A stretch of 64,000 nt of DNA from an uncultured Pseudomonadota bacterium (GTDB lineage Bacteria; Pseudomonadota; Alphaproteobacteria; JACZXZ01): NCBI GenBank assembly GCA_963749075.1, contig CAVVLJ010000016.1:64001-128000 (forward strand), written 5' to 3'. The notes below the pieces were generated by a model that searched no databases, was not told the origin of the DNA, and was given only the letters and a program-made list of their open reading frames with translations. The first letter of the stretch is position 1; each line of letters opens with the position of its first letter. Of the stretch, positions 43,612 through 53,950 are shown in pieces. Position numbers and translations under genes: made by a program.

Positions 43612-45030
43612 CTAGCCGCCGACCGCGCGCTGCGGCAGCTCAAGCGCTTTGAGTGCTCCCACCACTTGGCCCATGCGCGAGCCGAGCGAGCCCTTGACGG
43701 TGACCACGTCCCCGGGCCGGACGGCCTCGGCCAGGTGCCCGCAAAGCTCGGCCGAGCTTGCCGCGTGCGCGTCGCGCATGGTGGCGGGGAGCGCCTCGTG
43801 CAGTGCCGCCATCAGCGGGCCCGCGGTGAAGACGAGATCGATGCCCGCCGCCGCGAGCGGCGCCGCGAGTGCGGCATGAAGCGCCTTTGCCTCGGCCCCG
43901 AGCTCGAGCATGTCGCCTAAGACCGCGATGCGCCGGCCGCCCTCTCCCGGGAGTGCCGCCGACAGCACCTCGATGGCGGCGCGCATGGAGGCGGGGGAGG
44001 CGTTGTAGCTGTCGTCGATGAGCTCGAAGCTGCCGCCCCGGATGGCGATGCGGGAGCGCTGGCCGCGCCCCTTGAGTGCCGCGAGATCGGCCATGGCGGC
44101 GGCGGCGCGCTCCACGTCGGCGCCGAGAGCTCCGACCGCCGCCAGCACGGCGAGCGTGTTGAGCGCCCAGTGCCGCCCGGGCACGCCCACGCGGTAGGCG
44201 ATCTCGCGGCCCGCGATGCGGGCCAAGACCTCGCTCCCCGTAGGTCCACCCGCGAGGGAGAGCAGCCGCACCTCGGCCGAGGAATCGGCGCCGAAGCCGA
44301 TCACGCGCGTAATACCGGCGGCGCGCGCGCGCGCTGCGAGCAGCGCAAAGAAAGGGTTGTCGCGGTTGAGCACGGCGACGCCGCCAGCCATGCCGGCGAA
44401 GATCTCGGCCTTGGCCTCGGCGATCGCGGCGGTCGAGGCGAAGAACTCCATATGCACGGCCTCGACCGTGGTGATGACCGCGACGTCGGGCCTGACGAGG
44501 CGGGAGAGCGGCTTGAGCTCGCCGGGATGGTTCATGCCGAGCTCGAAGACGCCGAACTCCGCATCGCGCGGCATGCGCGCGAGGGAGAGCGGCACGCCCC
44601 ACAGGTTATTGAGGCTGCCGGCGCTCGCCGCCGTCTTGCCCTGGCGCTCGAGAGCGAGCTTGAGCGCCTCCTTGGTGCCGGTCTTGCCGACGCTGCCGGT
44701 GACGGCCGCGATGCGCGCGCGGCTCCGCGCGCGTGCAGCCGAGCCGAGCGCCTCGAGCGCTGCCTGCGTGTCCGCGACGAGGATGAGCGGGCGGCCCTCG
44801 CAGCCCACGGTCAAGCGCGCCACCACGGCGGCCGCGGCACCGCGCTGGAGGGCGTGGCGCACGAAATCGTGGCCGTCGACGCGCGGTCCGCGGATGGCGA
44901 CGAAGAGGTCGCCCGGCTCGAGCGTACGGCTGTCGATCGAGACGCCGGTTGCGGCGAAGGGGGCACTCGCCGTGCCGCCGCTCGCCTCAACGACTTCCTC
45001 CGCGGTCCACAGCGCCGCCGCCGCCGTCAT
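43612..45030 (-). CDS. murF: UDP-MurNAc-tripeptide-D-Ala-D-Ala ligase
   Basis: SIDSR, TGSVGKT, ELGMNH, DDSYNASP, GDMLELG, KGS. Confidence 0.96.
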   Translation of the reverse strand: MTAAAALWTAEEVVEASGGTASAPFAATGVSIDSRTLEPGDLFVAIRGPRVDGHDFVRHALQRGAAAAVVARLTVGCEGRPLILVADTQAALEALGSAARARSRARIAAVTGSVGKTGTKEALKLALERQGKTAASAGSLNNLWGVPLSLARMPRDAEFGVFELGMNHPGELKPLSRLVRPDVAVITTVEAVHMEFFASTAAIAEAKAEIFAGMAGGVAVLNRDNPFFALLAARARAAGITRVIGFGADSSAEVRLLSLAGGPTGSEVLARIAGREIAYRVGVPGRHWALNTLAVLAAVGALGADVERAAAAMADLAALKGRGQRSRIAIRGGSFELIDDSYNASPASMRAAIEVLSAALPGEGGRRIAVLGDMLELGAEAKALHAALAAPLAAAGIDLVFTAGPLMAALHEALPATMRDAHAASSAELCGHLAEAVRPGDVVTVKGSLGSRMGQVVGALKALELPQRAVGG

Positions 45031-46499
45031 GCCGCACTCCCTGCCAAGCGGAAGGCCGCCTTGCGCGCCACCTCGGCATCGTCGAACGGCAGCACCTTGT
45101 CGCCGACGATCTGGCCGCGCTCGTGGCCCTTGCCGGCGATGAGCAGGATGTCGCCCGGCCCGAGGGCGGCGAGCGCCGTCTCGATCGCGCGCTCGCGTTC
45201 GCCGATCTCGCGCGCGTCGGGGCAGCCGGCCAGCACCTGGCGGCGGATGGCGGCGGGGTCCTCGCCGCGCGGGTTGTCGTCGGTCACGATGACGCTGTCG
45301 GCGAGGTGCCGAGCGATCTCGCCCATCTGGGGCCGCTTGCCGGCGTCGCGGTCGCCGCCGCAGCCGAACACGACGTGGAGCCGCCCCTTTGCCAGCGGCC
45401 GCAGCGCGGCCAGCACGGCGGCAAGCGCGTCGGGCTTGTGCGAGTAGTCGACGACCACCACGGCGCCGTTCGGCAGGCGCGCCACCTGCTGCATGCGGCC
45501 GGCGACGCCCTGCAGGTGGCCGAGTGCCGTGATCGCCGCCTCGGCATCGCCGCCGAGGCCGATGACAAGGCCGAGGGCCGCCAGGAGGTTGCCGGCCTGG
45601 AAGGCGCCGATGAGCCCGACCGTCGCCTGGTGGCGCCGGCCGGCGAGGGCGAAGCGGATCGTCTGCCCGGAAGCGCTTGCCTCGACGTCCTCGAGGCGCA
45701 GCGTGTCGCCCTTCAGCCCATAGCTCAGCACGGCATGGCGGCGCGCGCGGCAGGTCTCGAGAAGGGCGCCGTACTCGGGCGCGTCGGCGTTGAGCACGGC
45801 AGGGCTGCCAGGCGCCATCACCTCGGCGAAGAGGCGGCGCTTGGCGGCGAAATAGTCCGCCATGCTCGCATGGTAGTCGAGATGGTCGCGGCCGAGATTG
45901 GTGAAGGCGCCGGCGCGGATGGCGACGCCGTCGAGGCGATACTGGTCGAGGCCGTGGGAGGAGGCCTCGAGTGCCAGATGGTCGATGCCGGCCGAGGCGA
46001 GCTCCGCGAGCTCCTTGTGCAGCTCCACGGGATCGGGCGTCGTGAGGCTGCCGTAGCGCTGCAGGCCGGGGGCGATGATGCCGAGCGTGCCGAGGCTCGC
46101 GGCCTGGAAGCCGAGCTCGGTCCACAGCTGGCGCGTGAAGCAGGCGACCGACGTCTTGCCCGAGGTGCCGGTGACCGCCGCGATGGTGCGCGGCTGGCGC
46201 CCGTAGAAGCGCGCCGCCATGAGCGCCAGGCGCCGGCGCGGGTTGGCATCGGCGATGAGCGGCACCGCGGGCTCGGGGAGGGCTGCGCCGGGCTCGGCGA
46301 GCACGGCGACGGCGCCGCGGCGCACGGCCTCGTCGATGAAGCGGCGGCCGTCGGTCCGGCTGCCGGTCAGGGCGGCAAAGAGATAGCCCGGCTTGACCTT
46401 CCGCGAGTTCGCCGTCAGGCCGGCGATCTCGAGCTCGGCGGCGGCCGAAGTCTTCGCTGCGGATGGTGCGGAGCCGTTCATCAGTTCAGTTAAGCGCAA
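45027..46499 (-). CDS. murE: UDP-MurNAc-dipeptide-mDAP ligase
   Basis: TGTSGKT, EASSHG, DHLDYH, GCGGDRD, DDNPR, AGKGHE. Confidence 0.96.
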   Translation of the reverse strand: MRLTELMNGSAPSAAKTSAAAELEIAGLTANSRKVKPGYLFAALTGSRTDGRRFIDEAVRRGAVAVLAEPGAALPEPAVPLIADANPRRRLALMAARFYGRQPRTIAAVTGTSGKTSVACFTRQLWTELGFQAASLGTLGIIAPGLQRYGSLTTPDPVELHKELAELASAGIDHLALEASSHGLDQYRLDGVAIRAGAFTNLGRDHLDYHASMADYFAAKRRLFAEVMAPGSPAVLNADAPEYGALLETCRARRHAVLSYGLKGDTLRLEDVEASASGQTIRFALAGRRHQATVGLIGAFQAGNLLAALGLVIGLGGDAEAAITALGHLQGVAGRMQQVARLPNGAVVVVDYSHKPDALAAVLAALRPLAKGRLHVVFGCGGDRDAGKRPQMGEIARHLADSVIVTDDNPRGEDPAAIRRQVLAGCPDAREIGERERAIETALAALGPGDILLIAGKGHERGQIVGDKVLPFDDAEVARKAAFRLAGSAA

Positions 46500-48258
46500 T
46501 CTTGTGGTCCTGCGGCTTGTGGTCCAGCGGCTTGTGGTCCTGCGGATTGATCTGCACCCACAGTGCCTTCTCGACGTCGGGGTCCGTCTCGTCGATCGGC
46601 ATCACGCCGAGGATGGGTGCGATGCGCTGGACGATGCGGTTGACGACGGGCACGGCGGTCCAGCCCGCGGTCGCATAGCCGTGGGTCTTGGCCGTGGCGT
46701 GCGGCTCGTCGAAGAAGGCGAGCACGACGTACTTCGGGCTGGTGATGGGGAAGGCGCCGACGAACGAGCTCAGGAGCTCGTGGCGCGCGTAGCCGTGGCG
46801 CACCGCCTTCTCGGCCGTGCCGGTCTTGCCGCCCAGGAGATAGCCTGGAATGGCGCCCTCCTTGGCGGTGCCGTCGGTGACGACCAGGCGCATCAGGCGG
46901 CGCATCTCGTCCGAGGTTCGCTCGGAGACGACGCGCACGCCCGATGCGCCCTCGCCCGCCCGGCGCTTGAGCAATGTCGGGTTCATGAGGATGCCGCCGT
47001 TGACGACCGCGGCGGTGGAGGCGGCCACCTGCAGCGGCTCGACCGCGACGCCGTGGCCGAAGGCGATCGTCATGGTGTTGATCGGCCGCCAGGTGGCCGG
47101 ATACTCGGGCACGCCGAGCTCGTCGAGCTCGATCTTGGCGGGCGAGAGCAGGCCGAGGCGCTGGAGGAAGGCGTGCTGGACCGCACCGCCCGCATCGAGC
47201 GCCATGCGCGCGGCGCCGATATTGGAGGAGTACATGAAGATCTCCGGCACGGTCAGCCAGCGGTTGCGGCCGTGGTAGTCGCTGATGGTGAAGCGGGCGA
47301 TGTGGATGGGATGGCTTGCATCGTAGCTCGAGGTGAGCTTGGAGGTTCCGGTCTCGAGCGCCATCGCCGCGGTGAACACTTTGAAGATCGATCCCATCTC
47401 GTAGACGCCGAGCGTCATGCGGTTGAAGCGCGCGTCGGCGACCGCCTCGCCCGCCTTGTTGGCGTCGAAGTCGGGCAGCGACACGAGGGCGAGCACCTCG
47501 CCCGTGCGCGCGTCGAGCACGGCGCCGCCGGCACCGATCGCCCTGAACTCCTGCATGCCCTGGAGCAGCTCCTCGCGCAGCACGTGCTGGATGCGCAAGT
47601 CGAGCGAGAGGACGAGCGGCGGACCGCCCTTCGAGAGGGTCTCGTCGAAGCGGCGCTCGACGCCGGCCATGCCGTGGTTGTCGATGTTGGTAAAGCCGAC
47701 GACGTGCGCGGTCAAGACCCCATGAGGATAGACGCGCCTGTCCTCGCGCTGGAAATAGAAGCCCGGGATGCCGAGGGCGTTCACCTCGTATTCCTGGCGC
47801 GGCGTCAGGTTGCGCTGGAGCCAGACGAAGCGGCGGCCCTTCTTGAGCTTGTCGAGAACCTCCGGCTCCTTGAGCTCGCGCAGCACCGAGACGAGCTGGT
47901 GCGCGGCGGCGCGCGGATCGGGCACCTCCTTGGGATCGGCGTAGAGCGAGGCGGTGGCAAGGCTGGTCGCCAGCAGCACGCCGTTGCGGTCGACGATGTC
48001 GGCGCGGTCGAGCGGCAGGTTGATCGCGCGGTCGGCGCGGTCGAGCTGGGGCTCGCGCGGCTGGTTGAACGCGGTCACGTAGACGACGCGCGCCGAGAGC
48101 ACCGCGAAGGCCACGGTGAAGAGCGCCGCGCACAGCACGAGACGGTTGCGCCCGGTCTCGAGGATCTCCTTGTGCGCCCCTTCGAGCCGCACCGGGCCGC
48201 CGTTGCACGCGGCATCGTGGTGGGGATGGCAGGGATGCTTGCGCCAGAACCGGATCAT
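46486..48258 (-). CDS. ftsI: Division transpeptidase PBP3
   Basis: GSIFK (SxxK), SSN, KTGT motifs; synteny. Confidence 0.94.
   Translation of the reverse strand: MIRFWRKHPCHPHHDAACNGGPVRLEGAHKEILETGRNRLVLCAALFTVAFAVLSARVVYVTAFNQPREPQLDRADRAINLPLDRADIVDRNGVLLATSLATASLYADPKEVPDPRAAAHQLVSVLRELKEPEVLDKLKKGRRFVWLQRNLTPRQEYEVNALGIPGFYFQREDRRVYPHGVLTAHVVGFTNIDNHGMAGVERRFDETLSKGGPPLVLSLDLRIQHVLREELLQGMQEFRAIGAGGAVLDARTGEVLALVSLPDFDANKAGEAVADARFNRMTLGVYEMGSIFKVFTAAMALETGTSKLTSSYDASHPIHIARFTISDYHGRNRWLTVPEIFMYSSNIGAARMALDAGGAVQHAFLQRLGLLSPAKIELDELGVPEYPATWRPINTMTIAFGHGVAVEPLQVAASTAAVVNGGILMNPTLLKRRAGEGASGVRVVSERTSDEMRRLMRLVVTDGTAKEGAIPGYLLGGKTGTAEKAVRHGYARHELLSSFVGAFPITSPKYVVLAFFDEPHATAKTHGYATAGWTAVPVVNRIVQRIAPILGVMPIDETDPDVEKALWVQINPQDHKPLDHKPQDHKIALN
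46501..46545. repeat. 3 x 15-bp tandem repeat at the ftsI 3' end
   Basis: CTTGTGGTCC(T/A)GCGG x3, encoding PQDHK-PLDHK-PQDHK. Confidence 0.85.
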
Positions 48259-48623
48259 GGCATGTCCCTCACGAGGGTTACCCGCGTCGACTTCGGCATC
48301 TTCGGCCGCGCCACGGGGAGCGGGAGCGGCGGGGCTTGCGCGGCCTCGCCGCGCTGGGGGAGGTCGTCGAGAGAGCCGTATTGCTTGCCGGTGAGCGGCA
48401 CGAGGCCGAGGTACTTGCGCGCGAGCTCGTCGATGCGCTCGGGCTGGTTGAGATAGCTCCACTCGGCCTTGAGCACGTGGATCGCTTCCTCGCGCTCGAG
48501 GATCTGGCGGTTGACCGTGGCGTAGCGCTGCTCGAGCCCCTGCACCTTGAGCTTGAGCTGGTAGACGCCGAAGCCGACGCCGAGCACCACGCAGAGCCAG
48601 AGCCACACGCCGCGGCGCATCAT
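48255..48623 (-). CDS. ftsL: Cell division protein FtsL
   Basis: TM + coiled coil, [14 protein letters not shown]; located between rsmH and ftsI. Confidence 0.88.
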   Translation of the reverse strand: MMRRGVWLWLCVVLGVGFGVYQLKLKVQGLEQRYATVNRQILEREEAIHVLKAEWSYLNQPERIDELARKYLGLVPLTGKQYGSLDDLPQRGEAAQAPPLPLPVARPKMPKSTRVTLVRDMP

Positions 48624-49585
48624 GGTGCCGCCTCGCGCAGCCAGGGCGGGGCGGCGGTGCGCTCCGCCGCGCGCAGGCGCGCCGAGCGCGCGCGCGGGTT
48701 GGCCGCGAGCTCCGCGGCGGCGGGGCGCACGGCCTTCTTGGTGACGAGGCGGAAGCTCGGCTCCCGCTGCGGCTCCTCGCCCGGAAGAAGGCGCGAGCGC
48801 GTACGGCCGGCCGCACTGCGCTCCTTCATGAAGCGCTTCACCGCGCGGTCCTCGAGCGAATGGAAGGCGACGACCGCGAGCCGGCCGCCCGGCTTGAGCA
48901 GGCGCTCGGCCGCCCTAAGCCCGCGGTCGAGCTCGCCCAGCTCGTCGTTGACCCGCATGCGGAGCGCCTGGAAGGTGCGGGTTGCGGGATCGATGCCGTC
49001 GCCGGACGGCCGCACGACGCGGCGCACGATGGCGGCGAGCCTGCCCGTGGTCAGGATGGCGCCTTGCGCGCGAGCTGCTACGATGGCGCGCGCCACCCGG
49101 CGGCTCAGGCGCTCCTCGCCATAGAGGTGGATGACGTCCGCGAGCTCGCCCTCGGCGAGGCCGTTCACGAGATCGGCCGCGGTCGGGCCCGCTTGCTCCA
49201 TGCGCATGTCGAGCGGACCGTCGGCGGAGAAGGAAAAGCCGCGCTCGGCATCGTCGAGCTGGGGCGACGAGACGCCGAGGTCGAGCGCCACGCCGTCGAC
49301 GGCGCTCACGCGCTCGCCGGCAAGGAGGCGGTCCATCTCCCCGAAGCGGCCGGCGAGAACGCTCAAGCGGCCGCCATGGCGGAGTGCCAAGCTCCGTCCG
49401 CGCTCGACCGCCTCGCCGTCGCGGTCGATGCCCAAGACGGTGCAGTCGGCCGCGGCGAGGAGCCCGAGGCTGTAGCCGCCCGACCCGAAGGTGCCGTCGA
49501 CATAGATGCCGCCCTGGCGCGGCTTGAGGAGGGCGAGCACCTCCTCGAGCAGCACCGGGACGTGGCCGCCGGGCTGCCTGGTCAT
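48620..49585 (-). CDS. rsmH: 16S rRNA m4C1402 methyltransferase
   Basis: [41 protein letters not shown]. Confidence 0.96.
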   Translation of the reverse strand: MTRQPGGHVPVLLEEVLALLKPRQGGIYVDGTFGSGGYSLGLLAAADCTVLGIDRDGEAVERGRSLALRHGGRLSVLAGRFGEMDRLLAGERVSAVDGVALDLGVSSPQLDDAERGFSFSADGPLDMRMEQAGPTAADLVNGLAEGELADVIHLYGEERLSRRVARAIVAARAQGAILTTGRLAAIVRRVVRPSGDGIDPATRTFQALRMRVNDELGELDRGLRAAERLLKPGGRLAVVAFHSLEDRAVKRFMKERSAAGRTRSRLLPGEEPQREPSFRLVTKKAVRPAAAELAANPRARSARLRAAERTAAPPWLREAAP

Positions 49586-50064
49586 GTGCCGCCTCCGCCG
49601 GAGGGCATTTTCTTGTGAGGAATTTTCAGCGTCAGGCCATTGCGGCTGGCGCGCTCGCGCGCCACTACGTCGAACGCCGCGCGGGCCGCGGGCTCCCAAA
49701 TCTGGAAGCGCTCCTTATGCCCGACGAAGGCCACGGCGTCCGCAATCTTGGCGTGCTCGCGAAAGGGCTGGGGGAGTACGATGCGCCCCTCGGGATCGAA
49801 GGGGATCTCGCGCGCGGCGCCGAAGATCGCCGAGGTGACGTCGTCCTCCTGCTCCGAGAACATGGGGATGTCGTCGTTGCTGTCACCGAGCTGCTCGAGA
49901 AAGCCCGAGGCGCAGCACTCGAGCGCCGGGTGCCGGAAGGAGGGGAAGATGACGATGCCGCTCTGCGAGCCCAGATTGTCGAGGGTGCGGCGGAACTCCT
50001 TCGGCACGGAGACGCGCCCCTTGCCGTCCAGCTTGTTGACGAATGTTCCGTAGAACAGCGCCAT
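49582..50064 (-). CDS. mraZ: Transcriptional regulator MraZ
   Basis: [10 protein letters not shown] and [10 protein letters not shown] DxxGR repeats; heads the dcw cluster. Confidence 0.93.
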   Translation of the reverse strand: MALFYGTFVNKLDGKGRVSVPKEFRRTLDNLGSQSGIVIFPSFRHPALECCASGFLEQLGDSNDDIPMFSEQEDDVTSAIFGAAREIPFDPEGRIVLPQPFREHAKIADAVAFVGHKERFQIWEPAARAAFDVVARERASRNGLTLKIPHKKMPSGGGGT

Positions 50065-50142
50065 ACCGCCCCCCACGGCCGCGCGGGCGGCCGGACCTCC
50101 CCGCAGCGCGGCCGCCGTGAGCCGAGGCGGCAGCCTGCGTTA

Positions 50143-50177
50143 TGGGACTTTATGGGATAACATGGGTAGATTTGGGC
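50143..50177. promoter_or_regulatory. Putative MraZ boxes, 4 x TGGGN at 10-bp period
   Basis: TGGGA 50143, TGGGA 50153, TGGGT 50163, TGGGC 50173, upstream of mraZ. Confidence 0.7.
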
Positions 50178-50328
50178 GTCAACGGGTTTTCACAGTAAAT
50201 CCTGGGTATTCAAGGACTTTTCCCCCCACTCGATTTGCTCTGCACAAACAGTGCTCCGATCAAAATCTGCCCTCTCAATGCGCAGCGCCCCACTATCCTT
50301 ATTCTTCGCCGAATTTGGGCGAAATTAT

Positions 50329-50343
50329 GTACTTGCTTTGTTC
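50329..50343. promoter_or_regulatory. Putative alphaproteobacterial LexA (SOS) box
   Basis: GTAC-N7-GTTC, i.e. GAACAAAGCAAGTAC on the minus strand. Confidence 0.5.
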
Positions 50344-50490
50344 TTTGTGGGGATTTTGTCACGCTCAAGAAGTTAAATGGAGGAGCACTCCGGCGCGCGC
50401 ATTGCGGCACGACGGCGCGGCTCCGTCCCGCTGCGCGTGCTGCAAAATTTATCGTTGCGAATCAATAAATTATTGACCTTGTCCGCATGA

Positions 50491-50871
50491 TTATCTGGTC
50501 CACACTTCCTGGCCGAGCGCGTCGCTCGTGCCCACGTAGTACCAGGCGCCGCGCCAGCTGCCGTCCGATTGCCGCTGCATGAGGACCACGCCCGGTTGGC
50601 CGGAGTTGGTGAAGCCCACGGAGAGGGTGCCGCCCTGCAGCATCCCGGCGCCATAGAACTTGCGGCCGGCGATGTCCCACACCACGCGGTACCCGGCACC
50701 TGCCTGGGTCAGATCGACGCGGCCGTTGTAAGCGGTGCCGTCGGGGTTGCTGCCCTCGAGATTGTAGGCGCCGCCGAGCTCGTAGCTGCTCCCGGCGGCC
50801 TCAGCCGCTGCCGGCACGGCAAGTGCCAATGCCGCCAGGAGCGCCGCCGCCATCGTGAAGCGCGCTGCCAT
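50491..50871 (-). CDS. Small exported beta-rich hypothetical protein
   Basis: Signal peptide, then YNLEGSNPDGTAYNG...WRGAW; GAGGG RBS. The longer track ORF runs into rnpB. Confidence 0.7.
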   Translation of the reverse strand: MAARFTMAAALLAALALAVPAAAEAAGSSYELGGAYNLEGSNPDGTAYNGRVDLTQAGAGYRVVWDIAGRKFYGAGMLQGGTLSVGFTNSGQPGVVLMQRQSDGSWRGAWYYVGTSDALGQEVWTR

Positions 50872-50908
50872 CCCTCGCCCTCCCATAGTTCCCCATCGAG
50901 GGGCAAAT

Positions 50909-51319
50909 GCCAGACGGCCTGTAAGCCGGGTTCTGTCCCTGCCTTGCGGCAGGGGATGGCCATTCATCTGGGACGCCCGTTGCCGGGCGCCTCGCGCGAC
51001 CGACCCGGACGGCGGCGCGGAAGCCCGCCTGCCGGCGCACCCCCGAAGGAGACGCCGGCCGCCGTCCCTACTTGGTCTTGCTCCCGGTGGGGTTTGCCGT
51101 GCCGCCCCCGTTGCCGGGGGCGCGGTGCGCTCTTGCCGCGCCGTTTCGCCCTTGCCGGCACCTCGCGGCTGGCCGGCGGTTTGTTTTCTGTGGCACTGTC
51201 CCTGGGGTTGCCCCCGCCGGGCGTTACCCGGCACCGTGTTTCCGTGGAGCCCGGACTTTCCTCCCCCCGCGCGCGCTCAGAAGCGGCCCGCGCGGAAGGC
51301 AGCCATCCGGCCGTCTGGC
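50909..51319 (-). ncRNA. rnpB: RNase P RNA (type A)
   Basis: Minus strand GAGGAAAGTCCGGGCTCC, AGTGCCACAGAAA, ACAGAACCCGGCTTA; P1 helix GCCAGACGGC pairs the two ends. Confidence 0.96.
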
Positions 51320-51382
51320 CAGCAAGAGGTAAGCGCTCAACCAGCCAGCGGTCAAGAGTGGGCCGGGGTCAGTGGGCCGGGG

Positions 51383-52129
51383 TCAGGAGCCGACGCGGGC
51401 GAGGAGATGGTGGAGCAGGCTCTGGGTCTCGCCGTCGGCGCGGCCGTCGACGAGGTGCTGGCGGAAATGGCGCTGGAAGGCGGTGACGACGGCCTCGGTC
51501 AAGGGGTCGTAGAGGCCGCTCCCCTCGACGCCGTAGCCGAAGCCGGAGAGGGCCAGTTGCAGCATGACGACGGCGGAACCGGACATGCCGGGCTCAAGCG
51601 TCCCTGCATTGCGCGACGGCACAAAGCCCTCCTCCGGCCAAAGCCCGATGCCGGCGCGCGCGAGGCGCTGCCAGGGAAAGCGCTCGCCCGGGTCCTGCTT
51701 GCGCATGGGCGCCACGTCCGAGTGGCCGAGCACGCGCGAGGGAGCTATGGCGCGCCGCGCCACGATGTCCGCGGCGAGCGCCTCGACGGCGGCCATCTGC
51801 GCCGCGGGGAAATCGCGGTAGCCGAACTCGTGGCCCGGGTTGACGATCTCGATGCCGATGGAGCGCCCGTTGATGTCGGCAGCACCGGCCCAGGAGCTCA
51901 AGCCGGCATGCCAGGCGCGCCTCTCCTCGGCGACCATGCGGGTGCAGGTGCCGTCCTCGTCGACCACGTAATGGGCGCTCACCCGCGCCGCCGGATCGGC
52001 CAGCCGCGCGAGCGCCGCAGCCGAGCTCTGCATGCCCGTGTAATGGAGAAGGAGGATATCGATCGGCCCGCCCTCCGGGCGCGCGTCCCAGTTGGGCGAC
52101 GGCCGCTCGACGAGCAGAGGCGCGCTCAC
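51383..52129 (-). CDS. N-acetylmuramoyl-L-alanine amidase (Amidase_2 + PG-binding domain)
   Basis: PSPN, LHYT, VSAHY, AWHAG, SIGIE, GHSDVAP.RKQDPG, AFQRHF. Confidence 0.92.
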   Translation of the reverse strand: MSAPLLVERPSPNWDARPEGGPIDILLLHYTGMQSSAAALARLADPAARVSAHYVVDEDGTCTRMVAEERRAWHAGLSSWAGAADINGRSIGIEIVNPGHEFGYRDFPAAQMAAVEALAADIVARRAIAPSRVLGHSDVAPMRKQDPGERFPWQRLARAGIGLWPEEGFVPSRNAGTLEPGMSGSAVVMLQLALSGFGYGVEGSGLYDPLTEAVVTAFQRHFRQHLVDGRADGETQSLLHHLLARVGS

Positions 52130-52334
52130 CGCCGCATCCACGGTGCCGACTGTGCGATCGAGAGGAGAGAGGCCATGACGCGGTCGCTCCGCTGCGGACG
52201 CCGGGCATCATAGCAGAAACCGCGATCTTTCCCGTTGCGCATCGCGAGCCGCGATGGAAGAGTGGCCGCCGAACGATAACAAACCGCGGCGCCGCTCGCG
52301 CGAGGCGCGGAAATGCTTCAAGGGAGGATGCGGC

Positions 52335-53336
52335 ATGACAAATTTCAAGATTCCAGTGACCGCGATGCTTGGTTTGGCATTTGCCATCGCGGCCGCCGGC
52401 GGCGTCTCGGCGACGACGCTTCGCGCCTCGCACCAGTTTCCCGGCGGCAAGGGCGACGTGCGCGACGATATGGTCCAGATGATCGCGCGCGAGGCCAAGG
52501 CGGCCAACGTCGACCTCGAGATTCAGGTCTATCCCGGCGCCTCGCTCTTCAAGCCCAACGACCAGTGGAACGCCATGGTGAACGGCCAGCTCGACATCGC
52601 GCTCTTTCCGCTCGATTACGCGAGCGGCAAGGTGCGCGAGTTCAGCGCCACGCTGATGCCCGGGCTCGTGCGCAACCAGGCGCGTGCGCAGCGCCTGAAC
52701 AAATCGCCGTTCATGAAGGACGTCAGGGCGGCCATCGAGGGTGCCGGCGTGATGGTGCTCTCGGACGCCTGGTTCGGCGGCGGCATGGCCTCCAAGAAGG
52801 GCTGCATTCTCGATCCCGGCGACGTGAAAGGCCTCAAGTTCCGCGCGGCGGGAGCCACCTTCGCCCAGATGTGGGAGAGTGCCGGCGCCTCGATCGTCTC
52901 GGTGCCGTCGAACGAGATCTACAATGCCTTCCAGACCGGCGTCGCGGAGGCGACCGACACCAGCCTGGGCAGCTTCGTGTCCTTTCGCCTTTACGAGCAG
53001 GCCAATTGCCTGACGGCGCCGGGCGACAATGCGCTGTGGTTCATGTACGAGCCGGTGCTGATGTCGAAGAAGAGCTTCGACAGGCTGACCAAGGCGCAGC
53101 AGGCGGTGCTGATCAAGGCCGGCCAGGACGCCCAGGCCTATTACGAGAGCAAGGCCGCCGCGGTCGATGATGCCGCCGTCCAGATCTTCAAGGATCACCA
53201 CGTCAAGGTGGTGAGCCTGAGCCCCGAGCAATACGCAAAGTGGCTCGAGGTCGCCAAGGAGAGCTCCTACAAGGAGTTCGCCAAGGACGTGCCGGACGGC
53301 AAGAAGCTGATCGACGAGGCGCTCGCCGTCAAATAG
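52335..53336 (+). CDS. TRAP transporter substrate-binding protein (DctP family)
   Basis: Signal peptide, VYPGASL, DVKGLKFR, EIYNAFQTG; GGGAGG RBS. Confidence 0.9.
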   Translation: MTNFKIPVTAMLGLAFAIAAAGGVSATTLRASHQFPGGKGDVRDDMVQMIAREAKAANVDLEIQVYPGASLFKPNDQWNAMVNGQLDIALFPLDYASGKVREFSATLMPGLVRNQARAQRLNKSPFMKDVRAAIEGAGVMVLSDAWFGGGMASKKGCILDPGDVKGLKFRAAGATFAQMWESAGASIVSVPSNEIYNAFQTGVAEATDTSLGSFVSFRLYEQANCLTAPGDNALWFMYEPVLMSKKSFDRLTKAQQAVLIKAGQDAQAYYESKAAAVDDAAVQIFKDHHVKVVSLSPEQYAKWLEVAKESSYKEFAKDVPDGKKLIDEALAVK

Positions 53337-53431
53337 GCGTCAACCCGCGGCACGGCCGGCCGCCGCAAGGCAGGCCGGCCGTTCCGGGCCGAGGCCCGAT
53401 CCGAGACGCGAGCAGGGAGGCATCGCGGCCT

Positions 53432-53950
53432 ATGGAGTCGTTCATCCGCGCCGTGCGGACGGTCTCGCAGCTCGCGGGATTCGTCGCGGCAGGCCTCATC
53501 GCCCTCGGCGTGATCGGAATCTGCGACATGGTGGTCGAGCGCTATCTGCTCGGCCTGAACACCATCTGGCAGACCGATTTCGTGACCTACAGCCTGATCG
53601 CCGCCACCTTCATCGGCAGCCCCTACGTCTTGCTGACGCGCGGCCACGTGAACGTGGACGTGCTGCCGCACTATGCGGGCCCCCGCATGCGCTATTGCCT
53701 CGCCCTTTACGCAGCGCTCCTCTCGCTCGCCTTCGCGGCGGTCATGACCGTGCTCACCTACCGCTACTGGCTCGAGGCATGGAGCAACGGCTGGCGCTCC
53801 GACACGCTTTGGCGCGCGCGCCTCTGGATCCCCTACTCGGCGATGCCGATCGGCCTCGGCCTCCTGGCACTCCAGTACGTCGTCGATCTCGTCTGCCTCG
53901 TGACCGGCCGCGAGCCGCCGTTCGGCGCCGATCCCGAGCGCCGCTCATGA
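53432..53950 (+). CDS. TRAP small permease (DctQ family)
   Basis: 4 TM segments, GHVNVD motif. Confidence 0.88.
   Translation: MESFIRAVRTVSQLAGFVAAGLIALGVIGICDMVVERYLLGLNTIWQTDFVTYSLIAATFIGSPYVLLTRGHVNVDVLPHYAGPRMRYCLALYAALLSLAFAAVMTVLTYRYWLEAWSNGWRSDTLWRARLWIPYSAMPIGLGLLALQYVVDLVCLVTGREPPFGADPERRS

Noticed and set aside
50872-51332. ORFs overlapping 50.9-51.3 kb, including the N-terminal extension of the 247-aa ORF
   Set aside because: The region is RNase P RNA.
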